From positions 1-33,070 of the IMG/VR virus record IMGVR_UViG_2698536341_000022: DNA of 33,070 nucleotides; one strand, given 5' to 3'. The notes beneath the pieces are model-generated. The model worked only from the letters and a program-made list of their open reading frames with translations. It was not told where the DNA came from and did no database searches. Origin of the DNA: a virus. Its lineage: Duplodnaviria; Heunggongvirae; Uroviricota; Caudoviricetes. Numbering within the stretch: position 1 is the first letter of the stretch; each line of letters opens with the position of its first letter. The position numbers and the translations under genes are program-made. Shown here piece after piece: positions 26,139 through 33,070 of the stretch.

Positions 26139-26224
26139 TGAAACCTGTTTTTGATGAAAATGGGCTGGCATGATGCTGAATGCCGGAGTTTTGTTGCTTT
26201 TGTTAAGCAGTTCAGAGCTGAAAT

Positions 26225-26710
26225 TCACGACAGCAGCCCTCCCACCGTTTTACTGATATCGCTTAAGGCAGACGTTGCCGTTTCCTGCAGATTATTCAGT
26301 TGCGCACTGAGATCACCGAACATATCGGACAGGGATTCATCCACCCGTTTGAGCGACAGGGTGAACTCAATCCGGCGCGGCATACCGTCGCGGAAAAACT
26401 CCGTTTTAGTCTGATTCAGTCCCTCAATCACATACATGCCATAAATCGTGCCGCTGCCTTCAATCAGGGGCCATGCTTTCCCCTGTTCTGCCATCTGCTC
26501 CAGTGCCAGCAACGACAGCCTGCCACCTGTTATCTCCGGCATAAGAACACCGGAAAGCGTCAGCATGTCGTTGTCCGGTCCCAGAAACTGCGTGGACGGA
26601 CGTCGGTTTACCCGGCTGTTTGCCGCATGTCGCCAGCTGCGTTGATACTGCAGCTCCTGATACGGCACGGTGCGCAGCATAAACACGTACAATCCCAGCA
26701 CCATCATCAT
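26225..26710 (-). CDS. U: Tail protein U (P2 gpU family, 161 aa)
   Basis: Position immediately downstream of T on the minus strand with overlapping stop/start; size; P2 synteny. Confidence 0.8.
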   Translation of the reverse strand: MMMVLGLYVFMLRTVPYQELQYQRSWRHAANSRVNRRPSTQFLGPDNDMLTLSGVLMPEITGGRLSLLALEQMAEQGKAWPLIEGSGTIYGMYVIEGLNQTKTEFFRDGMPRRIEFTLSLKRVDESLSDMFGDLSAQLNNLQETATSALSDISKTVGGLLS

Positions 26711-29700
26711 GCGTCGTATCCCCCCTGATCGCTGTAGTTACTCCTGGCTTTTGCCTTCAGCCTACGTTCACGTTCATCAAGCTGGCGGGCCACCTCCCGC
26801 GCAATATCCTGCGCACTTTGTCCTGGCTGCGTCTGAATGATGATCTGCATCGGTGCCTCAATCCGTTGAACGGGCGGCACAGTGGCTGCACGACTCACCA
26901 TCGCTTCGCCGCCTTTCGCGGGAAGTGCCAAAGGGTGCAACGGTGGAAGCTCTGCAGGCGCGGCAGCAACGCCCATCATTCCGGCAACAACGGCAGCCAG
27001 TGCAGCTGTATTTCTCCGGCTGGTCACATTTGCCGGGCCGTTAACAATTTCCGGCCCGTTTTCACCGACGATGCCAAACTGCCCGCGCGGGATATAGCCG
27101 CCGCTGTCATACATCCCCGCAAAGCCATATCCCCATGACGGAAAACCACCCGATGGCATCATCACTTTACCGTCTGCATTCACCGTCGCAGGTTGCTGAC
27201 GCGTCACGCTTTCCGGCAGTTTCGCCTTTGCAGCCTCTTTACTGACAATGCCGAGTTTATCCAGCAACCAGGAAACGCCAGATTTCAGGGAGTCCAGCGG
27301 ATGCATAACCATATTCAGCCCTTCCGCCAGTGCCTCCCCGAATCGTCGCCCCATTGCCGCTGCGCTCTGCAGTTCGGCAGAAGTCGACTTAACGGGCGTC
27401 AGCAGATCAGTAAACCAGCCCCACAGCGCCTGCACTTTGTCACCAATCCACTGGAACACAGGCTTAAGCGGTTCGAACGCTGCACTGATGGGACCTGCCG
27501 CCGCTTTGAATCCTTCCACCACGCCACCGAGAAATGCGGTGATGGGTTGCCAGTATTTCCAGACAACCAGTGCCACACCCGCCAGTGCAGTAACCACAAG
27601 ACCTATCGGACTGAGCAGAGCACCTAACAGACCAGATACGGCATACAGGGCAACGCGCAACATCGCCAGTGGACCAGATGCCAGTACTCGCAGCACCGTG
27701 CCTGCGGCAGCCAGCCCGCCGCGTAGTGCTGCCAGTGGATTCATAAACATCACAGCAACCGCACGTAAACCGGATAATCCAGACCGCAAAAGTGCAACCG
27801 GCGCACCTGCTACAGTTTTCAGGACATTTCCCGTCAGTGATGCCGTGCGGCGCAAAGACGACAACGGCGCAGTAAGTAAACCTGCGGCGTTGCCCGATGA
27901 AGCAAGCCCGCGTCGCAGCAGTGCCAGTGGTGCGCCAGCCAGCCAGGACAACGCGCTGCTGGTTCGAGTTACTGCTGCCGTAACGGAAGATAACGTTTTG
28001 ATACCCAACACAGAGAATCCCAGACGGATCACTGCCAGCGGCCCCAGCACTGCAGCCAGCGCCACCGCTAAGGTGCCGAGGCCGACGGTAACCGCAGCCA
28101 CAACAGCCGATGCTTTCATCAGTGTGCCTGTCAGTTCCGGGTTAGCTTCCACCCAGCGACGCAACGCCCCCGTGACGCTTTTCACCGTGTACAGAATATC
28201 CATCAGCGGCTGGCGCAGCGTTTCGCCCAGGCTGCTGAAGGTGTTCTGCGCTCCGGTTTTGACCAGCAACCACTGCGCAGAAAGTGAATCCTTGTTAATG
28301 TCGGATTCTTTCTGCATGGAGCCGAGCGCATCATTGCCCGCTGTCAGTTTTAACTGACGCTGCAGTTCCGGCAGGTTGTTTGCCAGTTTCGCCGCGTCAT
28401 CGCCAAACTCTTTACCAAACAACATAGTCATGGCAGACAGGCGCTTGTCCTGCGGCAGCGCGTTTACCTTCTCCAGCACGCGCTGGATGGTTCCCATCGC
28501 ATCCTTCGTCATCTGCTTTTCAATCACTTCAGGATTGAGTTTCAGCAGATTCATCCCTTCAAAGAAACTCTTGCTTTGCATGGTGGCAATGGACAATTCA
28601 CGCACCATCGCGTTTGCTGCACTGGCTGCAACCTCTGGCGCAGCGCCCAGTGTCAGGAAGGTGGAACCCAGCGCCGCCGCTTTACGATAATCCAGACGGT
28701 CAGCCACACCGCCCAGACGTTGCATCACATCAATGATGTCTGCCCCTTTCGACATGGCGTTATCATCCAGATAGTTCAGCGCATCACCGAGCTGTTCAAT
28801 ATTGCGGGTGGGGATTTTGTAGAGCTGGGCGATTTTCCCCAGACTTTCTGACAGTTCATCCGCTGGCAGCTCAAAGGCTGTTGCCGCCTTTGCTGCCGTA
28901 CTGGCGAAGGCCAGCAGGTCACGTTTCTGATCTTCCCAGCTGTCGTCAGGGTTTGCGACGTTCATGCGCGCACCACCTTCAACCAGTGCAGCGAAGTCCA
29001 CCGCACCGTTTTCCATCGGCAACTGTTCGCTGGCAGCCTTGATGGCATCCTGCATTTCATAAAAACGTGCAGTGCGGTTGCCATTATCGTCACGCAGACC
29101 ATTGACCTGCTTTGCCACACCTTTCATGGCATCTTCCATGCTGGTATAGCTTTTTACTGCCGCCATCACTGGCGCACCCATTGCCAGCCCTGCAGCCGTG
29201 GTGGTGGCTCCGGCACCTGCAATACGATCACGCACCTCCAGCGAACGGGCATAACTGGCACGCGCTGCATTCATCCTGCGCTGAGCTTCCCCCAGTCGCT
29301 TCAGCCGCGCCTCCTGTTTCGAAAGTTCCTGGTTATAACGTGATGTTTCACGGGCTAAACGGGCAGTTGCTCCCGCATCGTCTTTCGCAGAAATTCCCGC
29401 CCGGTACAGTTCAGCACGCACAAGCGCCGTCTGCTGCTGCAGCTTTTTCTGGCGTTCTTCCAGGCGCTGAACAGCCAGCCGTTGACGGCCCAGAGCAACA
29501 ACCTGACGTTGCGAAGGCGGCCCCATCGCTCCCAGTTCCTGACTGAGCAAATTTGCACGCTGGCGGGCATAGTTCAGCCTGTCGCCTAATTTCTGATTTT
29601 CTGCCTGCAGCTTTCGGAAGCTGTCCAGACTGCTCCCGGCCTGATCAAGCTGCTTTATTGCATCGCGGGATTTTTTGACAGCAGCAGCCAGTTCTCTTGA

Positions 29701-29784
29701 ACTGGCCTGCGCAGATCGAAATGGACGGGTGAGCTTGTCAACCGCATTAAGAATGACCTGCAGACGCAGGTTGTTATCACTCAT
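26707..29784 (-). CDS. T: Tail tape measure protein (P2 gpT family, 1025 aa)
   Basis: Very long, Ala-rich protein with coiled-coil N-terminal region and hydrophobic central segments; follows E/E'. Confidence 0.85.
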   Translation of the reverse strand: MSDNNLRLQVILNAVDKLTRPFRSAQASSRELAAAVKKSRDAIKQLDQAGSSLDSFRKLQAENQKLGDRLNYARQRANLLSQELGAMGPPSQRQVVALGRQRLAVQRLEERQKKLQQQTALVRAELYRAGISAKDDAGATARLARETSRYNQELSKQEARLKRLGEAQRRMNAARASYARSLEVRDRIAGAGATTTAAGLAMGAPVMAAVKSYTSMEDAMKGVAKQVNGLRDDNGNRTARFYEMQDAIKAASEQLPMENGAVDFAALVEGGARMNVANPDDSWEDQKRDLLAFASTAAKAATAFELPADELSESLGKIAQLYKIPTRNIEQLGDALNYLDDNAMSKGADIIDVMQRLGGVADRLDYRKAAALGSTFLTLGAAPEVAASAANAMVRELSIATMQSKSFFEGMNLLKLNPEVIEKQMTKDAMGTIQRVLEKVNALPQDKRLSAMTMLFGKEFGDDAAKLANNLPELQRQLKLTAGNDALGSMQKESDINKDSLSAQWLLVKTGAQNTFSSLGETLRQPLMDILYTVKSVTGALRRWVEANPELTGTLMKASAVVAAVTVGLGTLAVALAAVLGPLAVIRLGFSVLGIKTLSSVTAAVTRTSSALSWLAGAPLALLRRGLASSGNAAGLLTAPLSSLRRTASLTGNVLKTVAGAPVALLRSGLSGLRAVAVMFMNPLAALRGGLAAAGTVLRVLASGPLAMLRVALYAVSGLLGALLSPIGLVVTALAGVALVVWKYWQPITAFLGGVVEGFKAAAGPISAAFEPLKPVFQWIGDKVQALWGWFTDLLTPVKSTSAELQSAAAMGRRFGEALAEGLNMVMHPLDSLKSGVSWLLDKLGIVSKEAAKAKLPESVTRQQPATVNADGKVMMPSGGFPSWGYGFAGMYDSGGYIPRGQFGIVGENGPEIVNGPANVTSRRNTAALAAVVAGMMGVAAAPAELPPLHPLALPAKGGEAMVSRAATVPPVQRIEAPMQIIIQTQPGQSAQDIAREVARQLDERERRLKAKARSNYSDQGGYDA

Positions 29785-30213
29785 CGTTGGCCCCGCTTCT
29801 CTGAATCGCTTTATACCGCCATTCCAGCACTTCGGTCAGCGGCATAACGTCAGTAACGGATGGCGGCCAGTGAAAAATGGTGGCGATATCTGCCACCAGA
29901 TCGTCAACCGTCAGGCTGTCGGTAAACCGGCAAGCACCGACTTCTTCAACAAAAAAGTGACAACCTCAACCGACATGGCAGTGAGATCTGCCGGGTCCAT
30001 CTCTGCAATTTCCTGTGCAGTCAGTGCCGGACTGGAGATGCGGGGGATCACGGTCATCATCGCGTTTACATCCATATCCATAATGGCCTGCAGGCGTGTA
30101 CCGCGCAGCGCACCGGACTGCGGTTTACGCAGCACAATTTCGGTGATTTCTGTTTTACCGCGCTTGATGGGGGTATCCAGTTGAATGGTCTTTTCAGTCT
30201 GCTTATCGCTCAT
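29777..30213 (-). CDS. E': Tail assembly chaperone E+E' made by programmed -1 ribosomal frameshift (about 141 aa)
   Basis: Slippery heptamer T_TTT_TTG on the minus strand (window 29950-29956); the -1 frame stays open for 53 codons to a TGA at 29777-29779, overlapping the T start. Same architecture as P2 E/E'. Confidence 0.7.
29911..30213 (-). CDS. E: Tail assembly chaperone E (P2 gpE family, 100 aa)
   Basis: Small ORF between tail tube and tape measure; ends ...VVTFLLKKSVLAGLPTA with the slippery heptamer inside. Confidence 0.8.
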   Translation of the reverse strand: MSDKQTEKTIQLDTPIKRGKTEITEIVLRKPQSGALRGTRLQAIMDMDVNAMMTVIPRISSPALTAQEIAEMDPADLTAMSVEVVTFLLKKSVLAGLPTA

Positions 30214-30267
30214 TTTGCTGTCCTGTCAATTGGGTTCTGGCGCGGTATCCCGCGCCGTTCAGATATA

Positions 30268-30783
30268 TCAGAGGCCGAGGGCGTTGCGGTGCGCTTCCAT
30301 CAGGTCCACACCGTCCACAATTTCCACCATGTTGATAAGGTCCACTTCATAGAGCACCTCACCATTGATGGTCAGCTTCGCGTAGCTGTTGGTACTGGTC
30401 ACTTTGGTGGTGTTGCTTTCGCCCGTCTTCCACTCGCCGGAATCCACTTCTTTGTGACGTCCACGCACGACAAGCTCCACGGCCTGCACTTCCCCGGTAT
30501 CGTCACGCTGAATAGAGCCGGTAAAGCGCAGCTGGATGCCATCCACCGTGGCTTTACCCATCTGTTTAAACAGCAGCAATTCAGTACCACCAATGGAAAA
30601 TTCTGTGTCCAGCGCACTGTCATCAAGCCCCAGATCCACATCCACCGCACCCGGCATTCCGCCGCCGCGATACTTCTCATATTTGCGGGTAAATTTCGGC
30701 AGCGTCAGCGACTCAACGATCCCCTGCCAGTTGTTCCCGTCGTTAAACAGGTTCAGGTGTTTTAATTTGCGTGGTAATGCCAT
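30268..30783 (-). CDS. FII: Tail tube protein (P2 gpFII family, 171 aa)
   Basis: Size and position downstream of FI; P2 synteny. Confidence 0.85.
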   Translation of the reverse strand: MALPRKLKHLNLFNDGNNWQGIVESLTLPKFTRKYEKYRGGGMPGAVDVDLGLDDSALDTEFSIGGTELLLFKQMGKATVDGIQLRFTGSIQRDDTGEVQAVELVVRGRHKEVDSGEWKTGESNTTKVTSTNSYAKLTINGEVLYEVDLINMVEIVDGVDLMEAHRNALGL

Positions 30784-30792
30784 GTTGTCCCC

Positions 30793-31965
30793 TTACGCGC
30801 TGACCTGGCTGGCGAAATTCACCAGGTACTGATCGGTGATGCGCTGACGCAGCATCAGGTTTTCAAGTGGCGGCACTGGCGTGTAGTCGTAGTCGATGGT
30901 GAGTTTTCCGGCTTTCAGCGTGTCTTTGTCGTTCACCGACTCATCCAGCCAGCAATCACCACCAATGAGATAGCCCTGACTGACCAGGCTGCGCATTTTG
31001 GCGCGGATACCTTCGATAATGTCGCGGGCCAGCGACGGGTTAAGCGGTTTATCCACCGCCCACATGTGTGCTTCTGCCATCGTGTCCATCAGCACCTGCG
31101 CCGTGCGGGTGTAGTTTTCGAAGGCAAAGAGCGGGTCATCACTCAGGCAGCGGGAACCCCAGAAGCGGAAACCGTCTTTACGCACAAGCGTGGTGACGTC
31201 GTTCTGGTTCAGCAGACCTGCATCGGTTGCCGGGTCCTGCAGATCCCAGAACACATCTGCAGAAATTCCGGTGACACCGTTCACGCCCACGTTGGACAGG
31301 CTTTTGTGCCATCCGGTCTGCTCGTCAATTTTGGCGCGCAGACCAAGCGCACGGGCGGTGGCATATGCCGTTGCTTCGGCATTCAGCACCGTGTCCCAAC
31401 CAGTAAAGTCAGGCCAGATCAGCATCCCTTCGCGCTGGCTGAAGTTTTCGCGGTAAGTGATCGCCTCCTGCACTGTCTTGCAGCCATACGCTGACAGGTA
31501 AGCAAATCCACGCAGGCGTTGCGCCACGCTCAGCAACTCAGTAGCTACCGCCTTGGTGTCGTGGCCTGGCACGCCGAGAATGCGCGGTTTAACGCCGAGC
31601 TGTGACTGGGCAGATAACAGGGCTTTCATACCTGTTTTTTTACCTTCAGCAGTCACTGCGCCGATGATATTGGTCGTGGTTTCGTCTTCCGTTTCACCCT
31701 GCGGCACACGCACAACAATGGTCACGGGTTTTGCCTGGTCAGCGATGGCATCCAGCGAACGGGCCAGAGTACCTGACTCACCCGCTTTACCGCTGGCAGT
31801 CAGCACATCAGTGATCAGCACGGGTTTATTAAGAGGAAACATTTTTGCATCGGCATCATCGCCCGTGCAGACCATACCCACGATGGCGGTGCTCACCGTG
31901 GTAATAGATCGGGTGCCTTCGTTGACTTCAACAACGCGCACCCCGTGGTGGTAATCCTGAGCCAT
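30793..31965 (-). CDS. FI: Contractile tail sheath protein (P2 gpFI family, 390 aa)
   Basis: Size, AGGAGG RBS, first gene of the FI-FII-E-T-U operon. Confidence 0.9.
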   Translation of the reverse strand: MAQDYHHGVRVVEVNEGTRSITTVSTAIVGMVCTGDDADAKMFPLNKPVLITDVLTASGKAGESGTLARSLDAIADQAKPVTIVVRVPQGETEDETTTNIIGAVTAEGKKTGMKALLSAQSQLGVKPRILGVPGHDTKAVATELLSVAQRLRGFAYLSAYGCKTVQEAITYRENFSQREGMLIWPDFTGWDTVLNAEATAYATARALGLRAKIDEQTGWHKSLSNVGVNGVTGISADVFWDLQDPATDAGLLNQNDVTTLVRKDGFRFWGSRCLSDDPLFAFENYTRTAQVLMDTMAEAHMWAVDKPLNPSLARDIIEGIRAKMRSLVSQGYLIGGDCWLDESVNDKDTLKAGKLTIDYDYTPVPPLENLMLRQRITDQYLVNFASQVSA

Positions 31966-32041
31966 AGTGGCGAACCTCCTGATTGGATTAGGCTTCGCCC
32001 TATGTTGAAGTGATTGTGCCTGACAAACAGCTAAGCGCAGT

Positions 32042-32059
32042 TGTGTCGTTATTCACACA
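32042..32059. promoter_or_regulatory. Ogr/Delta-type late activator box (TGT-N12-ACA) upstream of FI
   Basis: TGTGTcgttattcACACA dyad about 85 bp upstream of the FI start codon on the minus strand. Confidence 0.6.
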
Positions 32060-32107
32060 AAATAACGGTATTTGTCTGCTTGCAGGGATAATCAACATAA
32101 TGCTGAT

Positions 32108-32674
32108 TCAGGGGGATTCATTGATCTTATTTGCCGGAAATTTTCTATAAATGGTAGAAACGCCTACATCAAAAATCAGTGCAATACGCTGTATTGATTC
32201 TCCGGCCTCGAGTAAACGCCCAATCTGTGCCCACTGTTCGGTGGTCAACTTAGGACGGCGTCCACCTACTCTGCCTTTGGCACGAGCTGCAGCCAGCCCT
32301 GCCCTGGTACGTTCAACTATCAGTTCGCGTTCCATTTCAGCCAGGGCACCCATGACATGAAAAAAGAAACGGCCCATTGGGGTACTGGTATCAATACTGT
32401 CAGTCAGGCTTCTGAAATTCACACCACGCTGGCGCAACTCTTCTATCAGCGTAACAAGATGCCGCATACTGCGCCCCAACCTGTCCAGCTTCCAGACAAC
32501 CAGCGTGTCTCCTGCCGATAGTGTCCTGAGTAGTTTTTTCAGCCCCGGTCTGTCGGACTTAGTGCCACTGATTTTGTCCTCAAAAATCCGCTCACATCCC
32601 GCGCAGTTCAGTGCATTACGTTGCAAATCGGTGTTCTGGTCATTTGTTGACACGCGTACATAGCCAATAAGCAT
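32108..32674 (-). CDS. Serine recombinase, DNA invertase of the Gin/Cin/Pin/Hin family (188 aa)
   Basis: MLIGYVRVSTNDQNTDLQRNAL...LVVWKLDRLGRSM...GRFFFHVMGALAEMERELI... is near-colinear with my recollection of Mu Gin; start taken at ATG 32674 (track ORF starts two codons earlier). Confidence 0.9.
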   Translation of the reverse strand: MLIGYVRVSTNDQNTDLQRNALNCAGCERIFEDKISGTKSDRPGLKKLLRTLSAGDTLVVWKLDRLGRSMRHLVTLIEELRQRGVNFRSLTDSIDTSTPMGRFFFHVMGALAEMERELIVERTRAGLAAARAKGRVGGRRPKLTTEQWAQIGRLLEAGESIQRIALIFDVGVSTIYRKFPANKINESP

Positions 32675-32729
32675 GATCATCCCCCTGAATAAAAACCGGA
32701 GATGATGCCAGTTAGCTGGTACCTCTGCA

Positions 32730-32755
32730 TTTTCTTAAACGTTGGTTTGGGAGAA
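32730..32755. other. Gin/Hin-type crossover-like site upstream of the invertase gene
   Basis: TTTTCTTAAACG-TT-GGTTTGGGAGAA; right half-site and core identical to the site in H; AAAC..GTTT dyad reminiscent of hix/gix sites. Confidence 0.55.
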
Positions 32756-33070
32756 GGTGCTCCAGCTATTGGCGTTCCGTTCTTCTGGCCGTCCGCTGCA
32801 ATGCCAAATACTGTAATCGACAGCTGGTCCAGTATGGTGTTTTTGAAGTTCAACGGCGCGAAATTCTCTGCCACTGATTATCCTGTGCTGGCGAAAGTAT
32901 TTCCTTCGCTGGTATTACCTGAAGCCCGCGGTGATTTCATTCGTATCTGGGATGACGGGCGAGGTGCAGACGGTGGTCGCGAATTATTAAGCTGGCAGGA
33001 AGCTACAAACTTTTCTCAGTTTGCCGGGAATATAGGCGGAGGTGCGGGACACGCAATTAACTTTCATGAT
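32742..33070 (+). pseudogene. Second copy of the tail-fibre variable C-terminal coding segment, lacking the H constant region; runs off the window
   Basis: 100% identical to 25681-26009; reading frame preserved (VGLGEGAPAIGVPFFWPS...); an in-frame ATG at 32705 exists but there is no H N-terminal region. Confidence 0.6.

Noticed and set aside
26151-26414. 87-aa plus-strand ORF starting just after H
   Set aside because: Overlaps the 3' half of gene U on the opposite strand; only its first codons lie in intergenic DNA; more likely an artefact of the junction than a gene.
27248-28357. 369-aa plus-strand ORF inside the tape measure gene T
   Set aside because: Antisense to T; Ala/Ser/Pro/Arg-rich low-complexity translation with no start context; T on the minus strand is supported by size and synteny.
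1-33070. CRISPR arrays, tRNA or rRNA genes, IS elements
   Set aside because: No regularly spaced direct repeats with unique spacers, no cloverleaf-like tRNA sequence recognised, and no transposase-like ORF with terminal inverted repeats; the only recombinases are the phage integrase and the tail-fibre invertase.

Overview
The window is most of an integrated P2/186-like temperate myovirus prophage from an enterobacterial host, annotated from the six-frame track and motif recognition only (no database search was run). Left to right: integrase (its stop codon is at window positions 1-3), a 186-type immunity switch (cI leftward, apl-cII rightward), a translationally coupled early operon (TraR-like zinc finger, Dam-like methylase, replication gene A), a LexA-boxed tum/DinI-like SOS module, then an AT-rich cargo region. 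That cargo holds a recognisable SIR2-HerA defence pair and, after a cos-like site, a second two-gene operon that I cannot assign to a named system: a short HipA/HipT-like kinase followed by a protein with a HipA-N/HipS-like domain fused to a HIRAN-like domain. This kinase-HIRAN pair is the best candidate for an undescribed system. The rest is the P2 late module (Q, P, O, N, M, L, X, lysis cassette, R, S, V, W, J, I, H) with three TGT-N12-ACA Ogr-type boxes. The tail module (FI, FII, E/E', T, U) lies inverted relative to P2 synteny, gene D is absent, and a Gin/Hin-family invertase sits next to a second copy of the tail-fibre 3' segment; the 329-bp identity between the two copies begins exactly at the core of a 26-bp crossover-like site. 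No tRNA, rRNA, CRISPR array or IS element was recognised.
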